Positions 27,201 through 40,346 of a DNA stretch of 64,000 bases are shown here, in pieces (positions within the stretch are counted from its first letter, which is position 1; the number at the start of each line of letters is the position of its first letter). The stretch covers positions 43,960,001-44,024,000 of the forward strand of contig NC_087245.1 of the NCBI RefSeq assembly GCF_037042905.1, given 5' to 3'. This DNA comes from Lytechinus pictus. Taxonomy: Eukaryota. Position numbers and translations under genes: made by a program. The notes under the pieces were generated by a model that saw only the letters and a list, made by a program, of their open reading frames with translations, was not told where the DNA came from and did no database searches.

Positions 27201-30200
27201 GAGGGACACTGTATGTGTTGATCAATACTTACATCTATACACAAAAGAACTTCTTACCTGACCAAGTCTAGTGTGGCAAAGTCCCAAAGCATGATGCCAA
27301 TATCTGATGAACATGCCACAATTTTTCCATCAAACTGAAGCCTTGGAAGAAGAAGCTGCCCTCTTGAGTCTTCACTAGGATAGGTCAGCATTGCAGCACA
27401 TTCAATTTCCCTCGATGATGATATAGGCCATACCTGCATTCATACACAAAATAAAGTTTGATCTAAATGTTATCCTAAAATTATAATAACGAACAAAACT
27501 GCATGAAATGGATTCATCCCCATCTATTTTACTAATTTCTACTGCCAATGTATCATTTAAGGTGAGAGCAAACTGACCCACAGTGCATATGGTCTGTCAT
27601 TAAATGTATGTTAAAACTAGAAATTTGACATGTCCAAAGGACACAGATGCCCCCGCTTAACGCGATCAGAAATTCATTCAATATGATTTAACTTAATAGC
27701 ATGCAGAAACCAATATGCATATATATAGTGAACAAATTTAGACCTTTGACCTAAAGACTCGCCCTTTCCATAATAATCTCTGACAGAAGATATGACAGTT
27801 GGGTCATTTGATGTGACCTGACTGTATGTTGGTGTCATCTACCCAGAAACCAAACATTTTTAATATCTGGTGAATATTTCCAAAGCTATCATGCGGAAAC
27901 CAACTCGCATATATAATGAGCTGTGACCTTTGACCCGCGGACTCCGAATTCGAACTTAGCCTGTATTTTGGTGTCATTACCTACAGATAAAAAATGTTAA
28001 AATCCATTAAATATTTTTCGAGTTATTGCACAGACAGGGGCAACGCTTAATGCCCCTTCCGGACTTTGTCTGCGGGGGCATAAAAAGCTCAACTTAGAAG
28101 TATTCAATTCAATTCAATTTATTTCACATTTGCATAAAAAGACAATACATACAATTAAAGTGATAAAAGGCATATAATACATGAGATCACACAAAATACA
28201 GAGAATACAAATGTGTGGAATTTAACAAAGGCCAAAGGCCTATCAAAGGCAAATCCCAAACGGTTGCAAGCAGGAAAAAAGTTTTATAGATAAAAACAAA
28301 ACATAAAAAAAACAACTAACCAAACACAAAAGGAAACGACAAAACGGCTTAAGGAACAATTCATGAGTTTACAAGATTTGTTTTATACTTTCTTTTAAAA
28401 GAGTTGAGTGTTGGACATAATTTAAGATCAATGGGTAAACTATTCCACAGAGTGGGTCCAACATATTCAATTGTAGTTCGTGAGAAATTATATTTGAAAT
28501 TAGGCAAATAAAAGTTGTCAGACTGTCTAGTAATGTAATTACAAACATATTTGTTTTTCACAAATAAATCATCATAAAAAGAGGGAAGAGCATTGTGAAG
28601 AAACAAGTACATGAAATTTGCAATTTGATAGCTGTTTATATGACTGATAGTAAGTAAATTAAGTTTTTTGAACAAAGGTTGTGTACTGATTCTTGGGGAG
28701 GAATTGGTAATAACTCTTATTGCACGTTTCTGTAAAACAATTATTCGGCTTAAATGGACCATTGCACAATTACCCCTGAGTATATTGCAATAATTAAAGT
28801 AGGGCAAGACAATCGATTGATATATCATTAGAAGTATGTTTAATGGAATTGAATTTTTTAATCTGTTGATTGCACCAATGGATTTAGAAACTTTACAAGA
28901 TATATAATTTATGTGGTCTTTCCAAGTCAGTTTGTTGTCTATGACTACACCCAAAAATTTCGTAGAATTAACTACAGGAATTTTACTATTTAGAATAAAA
29001 ATATCAAAGTTGTCAGATGAAATGTTTTTATTTTTAGGTTGAAATATCATACAACATGTCTTGTCAACATTTAATTTTAATTTATTGGCAAGAAACCACT
29101 CATTTATTTTTTTCAGTTCTAGATTTATTGTTGAGGTTAAATCATCTATATCATTCCCAGATAAAAACAAGTTTGTATCATCTGCAAAAAATATAGAGTG
29201 TAGGATATTACTAGCATGCTGTAAATCATTTATAAAAATCAAAAAAAGTAACGGGCCTAACACAGAGCCTTGGGGCACTCCGATATTGACATGTTTCATC
29301 TCAGAAGAGACATTGTCAAAAGAAACATATTGTTTTCTGTCCTGAAGATAACTCTTAAACCAGTCAAGGGCTACTCCTCTTACACCATAATGTTGTAATT
29401 TTTTTAATAATATTGAATGACTAATACAATCAAAGGCCTTTTGAAATTACTGTTGATAGTATAGTGCACATTTTTTAGTACAAATGAACCTATAATCTTA
29501 TTCATATAGGGAAATTAAAATGTTTTGAAAAAAATACTTGTTTTGCTTCTTGGTTACATAACTATTGCATGAATGTATTTATAAACAAATTGTATTATCA
29601 TTCAAGTCTTCGACGATAGAAATATTGCATTATGTATGGGTTAGGAACTCAGCCAAATTCTAAAGTTAAGGACTTTAGGTAGTTCTATGCAAGGCTGATT
29701 GATAGCTTGTATTGGCAAAGAATCAAAACCATACATGTACATAGGAAAGTCCAAGGTATCGAAATAAATCTTTCAGAAGACAGCCTAGCAAAAATCTGGG
29801 CTGGAATCTTGCTCAAAAAGCTTTCCGACATTTACCATTTTTGTGTCTTCGCTGATATGAGGAAAATACGCTCAGAGAAGTGTCATGGTGTAATGGTTCC
29901 GACTCTCACCTTGTAAACAGAGGGACATGTGTTTGAATCCAACCATGAACAAGGTGTTATGCCACTCTCCACCCAGATATTAAAAGGTATGCAAAAGCAT
30001 ATATGTAGTATGCTTAGCAATTGAGTCTTAGAAATCTGATTTGAATGCTCCACGGGGAGTGGAGAACATGCATACAGTGTATGTGGGCAAGCCAGGATAA
30101 GATGACCGGGGTAATAATATCTTAACTGAATTTTATAATTCCCATAAGCTTTGGGTTTACCAAGTTCCAACAAAAGGGGACATCGCGATAAACAAATGGA

Positions 30201-33200
30201 TAAATACAGGGCAATCCAGACTGGTGCACTCATTGACATACCTTGATAACAGTCTTATCCATGGTGAGAATCACATGATCACCACACTGGACCTTCTCAG
30301 ACTCTACTATACAGATCTGCATTAAAACCTGAGAGGGGGGGGGGGGGAAACAATCATGCAACTCATCAGGGACATACTTCATAAATCATAACCAATTTGT
30401 AAAAAACAGTTTTAAGCTACTGAAATCTTTCGTTTTGATAGTGAAACTTGTCATACAATTTGTAATAAAACAAGTTTTTATGCAACAGGACTTATTTTCG
30501 TTTACCAAAACACGACCAGTGAACGATTAAAAAAAACAAAGCTGTTTGAACGCAAGTCCTCAAAAAGTAACTTCTTTCATCCAAGTGATATTCATGACTA
30601 GAGAGGTTTTGCATACTGGTATTAATGAGCTGGATGCGGACCAAAACACCTCTTTCAATTTGGTCATTGGAGCTCTTAATATTCACGATTTTTGTATCAT
30701 TGTAAAGGAAAAGAATCATTCTTTCAGGTCAAGCGTTTGAATTTATTTAGGAATATCGCTATGTAGCTGAAACCTTTGATCTAAAACATGCTTTGAAATA
30801 TCAATTTTACCTGGAAAAAGTTGTTGTTTTTACAATATATTTTTATTTGAGCCAAAATGATTTTTAGATCATGATAAAGCGGAATATCTACATGATATAT
30901 GTTTCAAAAGAAGTAGTCAATCAGGTCAGATCACACTATTCATAGGCCAAGTACATTTAGCAGCTTGAAAACAAGAATACTGCACCCTCATTGGTCAAAT
31001 AGACCACAAACCAACCCGAATTCCAACAGTTTCCATGCAGCGGCCTCTCCAAGGTCACACTTCCCATGTGGTAATCTTTTCAAATTACTCACACCAGCTG
31101 CTTTAAAACCTTAATAAGCAAATCTAAAAGCTATGGATATCATGTTAACTCAACAAATTCAGAAATCTTGTCTTGTATGTTGGTGATAAAAGTGTGAACT
31201 TGACCCGATTAAAAGGTGCCGTATATATATCAAGAGTGACATTGTGAAAGAGTACAGACTTTCAGCTTTATGATGATATGAATATCAGTGAGGCTCAAAA
31301 TAAGACATTTGCACAATATGCAAGAGGGAAGAAATTCCAGTTTTTTTAGGCATCTTTCAAGCCTCGAATTCACTTATTCATCAAAGTAGTTTATAAAAAG
31401 ATGTCATCAAAGTTTCATTGGAGTTGATTAAGCTCTAAGAAAGGGTTACTAGTCCGTCGTAAAGTCACTCGTATCTTCTTTCACTTACCTAGGTCCCATA
31501 ACACAAAATTATTTCAGCAGTATTATAGCATATTAAAAGTCTGGAGAAATCTGATGGGGGAAAAGTATATATAAATAAAGTATCAAGAACCAAGAATTCT
31601 GGCTGAATTCACAGACTAGTGTATATTTCAATAAGCCTGTTCACGGTTGTAAACTGCGCACGAGCAAAAAAAGGTCATTGGAGACAACCATGAAGGTGGC
31701 TGTCAAATTCACTGACATAGGCATTTGTGATCCGATGATTATTCATGTATTCCTTTCAAAATATTTATCACATCCAAGCTGAAGAGTAATAAATAGAGCC
31801 TTCATAATCACTGGTATTTGACAGTAGCCTAAACAATAGTCAAATGTGCCAAAGGCAGACAATAAAACAGATTTCCAAACTTTATCCCTGATGTACTATT
31901 CTAGTCACCTGGTCTATACAATGCCTTTTGTTCTTAGAATTTGAATACTCTACCGTAAGCTTTACGCAACATCTACATTTGAAAATGATAGTGCTTATCC
32001 TAATGAAAAATCACAAAGGTCATTTGAGAAAAGTTGATCATGAGCTAACCGTGAACTGGCTTATTACATGGGGGCTCAGGCCTAATTTGTCTCTGTAAAT
32101 GCTCACAAAAGCCTTTGAAAATTAAAAGAGAGCCCAGAAAATCCATATTTTCACTGAAATGTTAAAACTAATCCAATGGTGCACATGTAGTAGATTGTAA
32201 AAGTAGCCCCTAAAAATGGGGGGGCGGGGGGTGATAACAATCACATTTAAATTGGTTTATACTCTATATTTGATACCCCTTTCAAACTGGCCTCATGATT
32301 TTTCCCCGACGAACTTTTCCGGCACACATTCCTCACTTCCCCAGCAAAGAAAAAAATGTACCCTTTCGCACTGATGTCTCTTCCCAAGCGAAAGTTGACG
32401 GGTTATTTGCTCGGGCGGAAGTAAATGCAGACCCGGTGACAATGAATGCGTGTTTTTTTAATTTAAAATTTTAATCGTACTCTTTGCAGATACCTAATTA
32501 ATTTTATCAGTGAAGTTTTGGAGACGACGGCAGGTGAACACTTCTCAGCTGATCAGCTCACTCATCATGTGCATGCAGAATTAGAACGAACGAAAATAAA
32601 ATTGTAAACATTGCTTTTTACCACTTACAAAAAGGTGTAAAAAAAAAAATTAAATTACAAAATATTGTAAAAATATTAGAAGCAAAACAAAAAGAATCAA
32701 AGTATTTTGATATTTCAAGCGCATTATCAGCATGTAAAATAACGCTTCTATAATAAAAATTGTTAGTTGAAATAAACAAACTGTATGTTTGAGGGTATTA
32801 AACTCTATGGAATGATTGAATCGATCATAAAGCTAAAAGCGTAGCATTCCATATTTAGCGACGGAAATAATAGCAAGCACGCGGAATCTCAGTTCAGGGG
32901 ATTTCGGGGAGAAAAAATTACCTCTGACGTCATTAAAGAGGAGAAGTTCTCCGGTTAGCTTTCATACTGGCCGTTTCACCAGCAAACTTCGCCGGATAAA
33001 CAGTTTCACCAGGGAAGTTCTCCACCTGGAGAGCTGGAGAAGTTTGCCGGCGAAGTTCTCCTGTGTACCTTTCATACTGCGCACTTTCCCCTTCACTACC
33101 AGGGAAAAGCGCAGTATGAAAGGGGTGGAAAAAACCTAAGCAAACAAAAGGGGGCAAATTTAAGAAAATTATTCAATTATTGTCTTGACTCGACTGATGG

Positions 33201-36200
33201 AGAAATGTAGCTGACATTTCTCCTACAGAGTTTACAAATATGCACTAGTCCATAAACTCAGTCAAAATCTTAAACTCCGAGCTCTAGAAATCTTACCTGT
33301 ATAACCCAGTCACTATGACCGTTAAGAGTTGTAATGTGATTTCCATCACTTAGCCTCCAAAGCTTGACAGTTTCATCTGCAGAGCCACTAACTAGAAGAT
33401 CCAGCTTGTCACTGTAGTCTATACTAAAAACTGTTTTATCAAGTAACATAGAAAATTGAACATCAGAATTGCATTCTATTGACAAAAAGATGAAAATGTA
33501 TGTACCAGAATGACAAAAAATACCAACTTACCAAGCAATGAAGTTGCTTACAAACAGCTTTATGAAACACCCACCTGGATGACCACAACCACTATCGCAA
33601 GTAACCTCAATTTGCATTTTATTTTAAATGAAAATGGCTTTTTAACCCATTGGAGTCTCTTAATTGATTTTGTTGTAACAAGTTTTCCATAGACTTGAGC
33701 CTGTAATACATGTATGGGCTCAGCTTCCTACAGGAAATGGATAACTTTTCTTTTTCCTTTTCATATTTATATTATAATGACTTTCAATTTCATGCCTATA
33801 CCACTATTAAAATAGAAGCCAACAAGAAATGGGTGAATACAAGCACTGCATGTAGATACCCTTGTGGGTTATTAAACAATAAAGTTTAATACAGTGAAAT
33901 ACAATAAAATACATGCACAATAAAACAATGGTGTTTATATGGTGATCTTTACACTGACTATATCACAATGCTTAACAAAGCAAATACTATGAACAAAAAA
34001 GAAATCATGAATGAAAACTACCTACAGAGCCTCTGGCAGTCTCGCCTGCATTACGCGATTCAATATAGCAGCAGTGCTGACTTTGAAAATGACTATAAAC
34101 TAATTATTCACAAAAAATACCATTCATATAATATGCTACTACGTTCATTGACCCTAAATGACAATTCACCTTCATCAAGTGACCTACAAGTTGTGCAAGA
34201 TGAGCAATGACACTGGCCACACGTCATAAGGTGGTCCTATTTCGCGAACAAGGTAAGAATAGTCCAAAAAATTATTTTTCTAAATATGTTATAGGTATTA
34301 CCATTCTTCAAATAATGAAGAAGAATTTTATCCTAAAATACCTTTGTTTTTTGCTTTAAAATGACTAATTTATGTCTAAATAATACATTGACATCAATGT
34401 GAATTTGAATTTTCAAATGTGTTCTTCTTAAATTAGGCCTGCAGCACATAAAATGGTGTAAAAAATTCATGCTACAGGATCACCCTAGTATTTTGCAGTT
34501 GTTTTTTAGAACATCAATGCTTATACATCCATAACAAAAAACCAATGATTATCTATTATTAAATGCATATTGGTTACATCTTATTTTCACAATGTTTAAT
34601 TTCTCAGTTTTTTCCCCTGAAAACTGACTGATGCCCTTACATGCCTGGCAAATTTACTACACCATGGATAGAAAACAAGGTACCTAATATAGTTTAATGA
34701 AGCTGGTTGCTACTGTCCAAGTGGTATCATTTAATATCCGAGAACCACAAGACGATGAAACCTACTTTTGGGCTGAAAAAATGCTATATTGGTAAATTGA
34801 AGTAAAATCACCTTTTAACTTGACAAAGACAAATAATAGTTTAAAAGTACTATTTTAGGAAAATCTAATTGGCTGCCCCAAAAAGCATATGAATAGACAC
34901 CAAAATTGGAGAAAAAGATCACCAAATAAAGAAGTTGTGGGGGTTTGGGCGGCCATTTTGGATTTTGGCCCATCACACTTTTTTCTCGGACCCGAGATAT
35001 AAAATATTGTCATTTCATGTTGAGATAAGGTAAAAGGAACACAAACATGTGGAACACCTCTGGCTGTCTCACCTGCATCACGCGATTCAATATAGCTGCA
35101 GTGCCGACTTTGAAAACTACTATAAAATCATTATTCACAAAAAACACCATTCATATAATGATACAATCTATTAATTACCTCTATGAGACCAAAGTTCAAT
35201 GACCTTAAATGTCCTTTGACTTTGGTCATGTGACCTGAAACTCGCACGAGATGTTCAGTGATACTATAAGTTTTATGAACTACATGTACATGTAGACCAT
35301 TATACTTACAGAGTTATGATGGTAATTCAACAAATACCCCCAACATGGCCAAAGTCTGTTGACCTTTGACCTTGGTCATGTGACCTGAAACTGGCACAAG
35401 ATGTTTAGTGACACTTGGTTACTCTTATGTCTACGTTTTATGAACTAGCCCAATACACTTACAGAGATATGATGGTAATTAAAAAAATACCCAAAACATG
35501 GCCAAATTTCATTGACCTTAAGTGACCTTTGACCTAGGTCACGTGACCTGAAATTCGCACAGGATGTTCAGTGATACTTGATAACTCTTCTGTGGGCAGT
35601 TCCAAAGCAACGGAGTGACATTCAGAAACAAGTTTTTAGCATTCAAACAAAGATATCACCCATATTTAAATAGTTATTTGCAAAGAAATGATACCTGACA
35701 GTACTTGCTGAAACCCACTTTTCAAAATAATATTTGTTATTTTGATCCACTGAATTAAAGAGATATGAATATTCATAAACATGGTTACGGAGTGACGTAA
35801 AATGGACATGCATATTTGAGGAGAAAACATATTGCTCAAACTCTGTGAACTTTAACCCTCACTCTCCCGGGGTATTTTGATTCATGTCATTCCCGGGGGG
35901 GGGGCCATTATGGCCCCCCCCTAAGATCTCGGCCGCCGATCGAGCGAGCGACGCAAAAATTTGCACGCTGGTAGTTTGCGATGTAATCTACAAGGCTGTA
36001 TGGTAAAATTTTCCAAAATAATGAGATTTTATTTTATATGAATTAATTATGCTAATTTATGCATAAATCATACTTTTTGCTCTAATTCACTAAATAAAGC
36101 TCCTAGAATGCTAATTTTTGGTAAAAATATTCTTTGTAGCATTCTTAACAATCGCAATGAAAAAAACTTCGGTTTGGAAATCAATTTCTTATGTATTTTA

Positions 36201-39200
36201 TTGTTTTATGAATTTCTTATGTATTTCTTTGTTTTTTTACTTTTTGTCTTTTATTGTTTTTTCAATGGAAATCGTTCCAGACTTAATTCTGACCATAAAC
36301 AAGGCAAAATTAATTAAGTTTAATCAGTAAAAGTAGAAATAATGATACATTTATGAATTTTGGCTAAATACACAATTTGCATTGGATTTGTACATGAAAT
36401 CACGTTTATGAGCAATTTTGGGTCTGACATGCACTTACATAATGTTGCGTAATGTCGTAACCGTGTACCCGGGTGTCACAAATTTGGTCTCAAAATTTGC
36501 ACGAGACTTGAAAGTAAAAAGTCGGTAAGCGGCGAGGTCAAAAAATTTTGCGCAGCAGATATATCGCGAAAATTGTCGAGGGGGGGGCCATTATGGCCCC
36601 CCCCCCCGGGAGAATTAGGGTTAAATGGCTATCAAAATGTTGAGTTATTGATTGGATTGTATTTTGTTCTAGCTTTATAATATGCTGCATTACAATAACA
36701 AATTGGTGTATTTTTTCATTAATTACAACTTAAAACATAAACCCATTCCCGGTTACGGAGTGACATCTAAAATATTCACACACAGGCAACATAAAATGAA
36801 CTTATATTTTAAAATTTTCTTTTGATATGATTTTGGTCATGTGATCTGAAACAAGCACAAGATATTCAGGGATACATGGTTACTCTTATGTCCCAAGTTT
36901 CCAAGAACTAGATCGTTATGACAATTCCACAAATACCCCCAACATTATCAAAGTTTGTTGACCCTAAATGACCTTTGACCTTGGTCATGTGACCCGCATA
37001 GGATGTTCAGGGATATATAATTGCTCTTATGTCTAAGTTTCATCAACTAGATCCATAAAATTTCAAAGTTATAATGACGATTCCACAAATACCCCCGACA
37101 TGGTGAAAGTTTGTTGACCCAGTGACCTTTGACCTGGGTCATGTGACCTGAAACTTAGGCAGGATCTTCAAAGATACACTATCACTCTTATGTCCAAGTT
37201 TCATGAACTAGGTCCATATACTCTTGAAGTTATGACAACATTTCAAAAACTTAACCTTGGTTAAGATTTCGATATTGATTCCCCTAACATGGTCTAAGTT
37301 CAATGACCCTAAATGACCTTTGACCTTGGTCATGTGATCTGAAACTCGGGCAGGATGTTCAGTAATACTTGATTACCCTTATGTCTAAGTTTCATGAACT
37401 AGGTCCATATACTTTCTAAGTTATGATGACATTTCAAAAACTTAACCTTGGTTAAGATTTCAATGTTGACTACGACGCCGCCGCAGCCGTCGGAAAAGCA
37501 GCGCATATAGTCTCACTCTGCTATGCAGGCGAGACAAAAATTTGTGGCTAATTATGTTCCCCCTTTTGTATTTATGAAATCCCATATGAGTTTTGATAGA
37601 AAAATTTGATCCAGATTTGAAATAGAGCCGATATAAAGTTTCGGAAAATGTCCACTTTTGCTTAGAATTGCCCATGTCTAAGTTTTATGAACTAGACCAA
37701 CAAACTTTTAAAGTTATGATGGTAATTCAACAGATACCCCCATTATGACCAAAGTTCATTGACCCTAAATGACCTTTGACCTTAGAAATGTGACTTGAAA
37801 CTCAGGCAGAATGTTCAGTAATACTTCATTAACCTTCTGTCCAAGTTTAATGAACTCGGTTTATACACTCTCATAGTTATGACATTTCAAAAACTTAACC
37901 TTAGGTTAAGATTTTGATGTTGATTCCCCAAAATGATCAAGTTCATTGACCCTAAATGACCTTTGACATTGGTCATGGGACCTGAAACTCACACAGAATG
38001 TTCAGCGATACTTGATTACTCTTATTTTCAAGTTTCATGAACTACTTTCATAAACGTTATTAAAGTTATGATGAAAATTCAACAATACCCCCAACATGCC
38101 CGAGTTCGTTAACCCTAAATGAGCTTTGACCTTAGTCATGTGACCTAAAACTCAGGCAGGATGTTAGGTAATACTTCATTACCCTTTGGTGTGTCATGAA
38201 CTAGGTCTATATACTTTTTAAGCTATGATGAGGTTTCAAAAACTTAATCTTAAGGTTAAGATTTGATGTTGATGATAACGTCGCCGTCACCGCCGGAAAA
38301 GCGGCGCCTATAAGTCTCGCTCTGCTATGCAAGCGAGACAAAAATCAAAAGAAAAAGAGAACTACCTGCCCCTGAATGTCCTGAAAATTGCTGTAATCTT
38401 TCACCACTAATAAGATCCCAACAGGCAATAGTATTATCAAAAGATGCAGTTATGACCTTGAGATCGTCAAATTTGATGTCAGCTACAGTGTGCGTCTGAA
38501 GAACCTTCAAGCATTTACCGCTGGCAACATCCCATAAACGGACAGTTAGATCATCTGAGCCTGAAAAGCAGTAAACAGTTATCTTCATGTTCCACTAATA
38601 AACACCAATGCTATTCAAATATATGTATAATTAATCACTGATGGTCTTTACAAACTACCAATTGGAAGAATCTCTGATGATACAGTATTCAACAGAGGTA
38701 AAGCAATTAATGAATGGCCTTTATTATCTTTGGCTTAATTGCAAAGTTAGAACTTGAATGCAATCCTTTGAACTATTCCCTTATATTATGTACCAGTCCC
38801 CTCAAAAGCAGATAATGTTGTTACTTGGTTAAGATTAGTCTTAAAACCTTTATACTTTCTAACTTTACATTTATCCATTTAAAAATTCAAATCTAAACCA
38901 ACTATCAAAAATAAAAAATACCTGAGGCTACTTTCCCATCCCTGTAGTGCAAGGAGTAGACACGTGCTGTGTGTCCTTGTAGAGTTGTACTATCAAACGC
39001 AGATCCATCTCTCAGCTGTTTCAGCCTCCAGAGAGCCTTTTGATAGACTGTCTTCCAGTGAAGTCCATTCTTGATTCTACTCCCGCAGGTACCCTCGTCA
39101 GGGTCCTCTGGAACTTGGATTCCAAGGACCCTATCATTGAACAATGACACCATGCAGCAAATGAAAAAACACAATCTTGTTATTATCAAGGAACACCACG

Positions 39201-40346
39201 TGGATGCTAATCAGTTTTACCCACTGGGCCTGAAATATATGCCAAACATATTAAAGACCCATACATGCTATACAATACAAGACCCCCCCCCCCCCCCAAA
39301 AAAAAAAGCCTAAAATTGGAGGTTGTCAGGGCCTGAAAAGAGGCAAAACTAAAACTGACAGCCACTTTTCTATAGGGCACATCACGTTACAAAGGACATA
39401 AAAAAATATCCAAGGCCATTGAGTGGGGCATCCATGGCCATGGCCTTGGAGATCGTTGATCAATTTGCTTCATATGCAAAAATATGATTATAATTATGAT
39501 TGATAGATAGAGACATTGAAAGGCAAGTCCATTTTATTATAATTACAGTTACTACAAGACATCTCAATAAATGAGGAAGTAAGTTTTCAATTTGTAACAA
39601 TAGCTGGCCAAGCTTTTTAAACTTCTGTATTAAACAGTTTCAAAACATACATTAAAAAATGCAAGCCAGGTCACCAGCTCAATGCATTATACATAGTAAA
39701 ATACAGATTTAGTTGCATTTGTGGCTTCCTGCATTTACCCTAGTTTGAGGTCTTGCATATGCTCAAAATTTCTTGTTTTTTGCTAGATTTGGTTTGGGAA
39801 TATGGACCTGACTTTCAGATTCTGATTGAAATTACAATATTATCATGAAATTTGAAAGGTCTGCTTAAAATGCCTTGTTCAGAAAATATAATTTCTCCAA
39901 TCAGAACTTATGATATGAACATTATATGACAGAAGATGATTTTCAAATTTCATATACTCCAATCTTGATTTCAGTTTGCATTGCAATTACTAGAATTTGC
40001 ATTTGTAGATAAGAGTCCTTTGGATCTGACGTTACCTGCAAGACTGTTGCCACGCCTCTGTACACTCTGTCACCATTTTGTTCCAGTGATGACTGACTTG
40101 ACAGCATCTTCCAAGAGTTATAGGATCAAGCCAAGACAACAAATAGTTTGCTAGTTCCTTGGGCAAAAGTCGCAAAAAATCCCTTTTCAAGAGTCCTTCC
40201 AATCTAGTGGATAAATGGCGGAGTTGTACATCCCCCGATGATGCAATAAGACAGTCTAATGCTGAGCAACGCTGCTCATTATTCAGGTCTTGAACAAATG
40301 TTTTCTCCATGTGACATAACCAGTTTTTGAACTCAGTACCATCCAT
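21119..40346 (-). CDS. FBXW2: F-box/WD repeat-containing protein 2, spliced CDS join(40346-40036,39130-38922,38560-38366,33430-33297,30328-30242,27433-27258,23920-23727,21234-21119), 473 aa
   Basis: Eight exons with GT-AG boundaries and compatible phases sum to 1422 nt. The peptide has an F-box ([20 protein letters not shown]), WD40 repeats ([41 protein letters not shown]) and C-terminal motifs I recognise from FBXW2 ([26 protein letters not shown]). An alternative in-frame ATG lies at 40367. Confidence 0.95.
21371..22322. mobile_element. Tc1/mariner-like MITE
   Basis: TA|CAGTGCGTCCCACAAAAAA...TTTTTTGTGGGACGCACTG|TA; shorter copy at 46471-47222. Confidence 0.85.
22629..23361. mobile_element. 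piggyBac-like MITE
   Basis: TTAA|CCCT...AGGG|TTAA; 16-bp imperfect TIR; interior homologous to 35856-36620. Confidence 0.8.
23727..23920 (-). CDS. FBXW2: FBXW2 coding exon 7
   Basis: Acceptor TTTTCATTAG|; ...[18 protein letters not shown]; donor G|GTAATG, phase 1. Confidence 0.92.
23950..24690 (-). mobile_element. Degenerate 3' fragment of a CR1/L2-type LINE
   Basis: (TAAA)n tail, 3'UTR-like stem sequence and broken peptides resembling the RT C-terminal region. Confidence 0.4.
25411..27105 (+). mobile_element. HINE-like element with a GTTACCATGGCAAC tandem core
   Basis: 5' subterminal GTATCCCCCGAAC; 3' stem-loop GTATCCTCCGAAC-TCT-GTTCGGGGGATAC (27074-27102); 8 internal units. Confidence 0.75.
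27258..27433 (-). CDS. FBXW2: FBXW2 coding exon 6
   Basis: VWPI...[31 protein letters not shown]; donor AG|GTAAG, phase 2. Confidence 0.93.
27615..28086 (+). mobile_element. HINE-like element
   Basis: AACTAG start; subterminal ATGCCCCCGC matched by 3' GCGGGGGCAT followed by AAAAA; TGACCTTTGACC motifs. Confidence 0.65.
28101..29446 (-). mobile_element. 5'-truncated CR1/L2-group LINE with an open reverse-transcriptase frame
   Basis: Frame open from [14 protein letters not shown] (29446) through [20 protein letters not shown] and FADDT to the stop at 28361; (TTGAA)n tail at 28101-28120. Confidence 0.92.
29882..30120 (+). mobile_element. Decayed tRNA-derived SINE
   Basis: A-box TGGTGTAATGG, B-box-like GTTTGAATCC, core CACTCTCCACCCAG similar to the 49266 SINE. 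Confidence 0.65.
30242..30328 (-). CDS. FBXW2: FBXW2 coding exon 5 (not in the ORF track)
   Basis: Acceptor CTCTCAG|, donor AAG|GTATGT; 87 nt, phase 0/0; [29 protein letters not shown] fills the gap between exons 4 and 6. Confidence 0.88.
31630..32065. mobile_element. Unclassified MITE
   Basis: 19-bp TIR AATAAGCCWGTTCACGGTT with 1 mismatch. Confidence 0.6.
32275..33126. mobile_element. Non-autonomous TIR element (Harbinger-like ends)
   Basis: 15-bp TIR ACCCCTTTCAWACTG; subterminal TTCATACTG repeats; no clear TSD. Confidence 0.55.
33297..33430 (-). CDS. FBXW2: FBXW2 coding exon 4 (WD40)
   Basis: [25 protein letters not shown]...GHSDWVIQ; donor CAG|GTAAGA; 134 nt. Confidence 0.94.
35594..37673. 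mobile_element. Sola2-like non-autonomous element
   Basis: GGGCAGTTCCAAAGCAA / TTGCTTAGAATTGCCC termini; 4-bp flanks CTGT/ATGT; the host unit ACTCTT-ATGT-CTAAG resumes after it. Confidence 0.55.
35856..36620. mobile_element. piggyBac-like MITE, CpG-rich and probably young
   Basis: TTAA|CCCTCACTCTCCCGG...CCGGGAGAATTAGGG|TTAA; subterminal palindrome GGGGCCATTATGGCCCC at both ends. Confidence 0.85.
38366..38560 (-). CDS. FBXW2: FBXW2 coding exon 3 (WD40)
   Basis: Acceptor TTTTCAG|; [11 protein letters not shown]...FSGHSGA; donor G|GTAGT; 195 nt. Confidence 0.94.
38922..39130 (-). CDS. FBXW2: FBXW2 coding exon 2
   Basis: Acceptor [23 protein letters not shown]...[18 protein letters not shown]; donor G|GTATT, phase 1. 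Confidence 0.93.
40036..40346 (-). CDS. FBXW2: FBXW2 coding exon 1 (N-terminus and F-box)
   Basis: [10 protein letters not shown]...[23 protein letters not shown]...WQQSC; donor AG|GTAAC, phase 2. Confidence 0.93.

Larger units (their letters stand above)
35041..38345 (+). mobile_element. HINE-like tandem-core element (TGACCTTTGACCTTGGTCATGTGACC units) with nested insertions
   Basis: 5' subterminal GTCTCRCCTGCAT matched by 3' hairpin ...ATGCARGCGAGAC-AAAAA (ends at 37540 and 38345); an extra 5' end at about 34027-34162. Confidence 0.75.

Noticed and set aside
25734..27202. Several 96-144 aa ORFs with repeating peptides
   Set aside because: They are translations of the tandem core of a non-coding element, open in several frames and on both strands.
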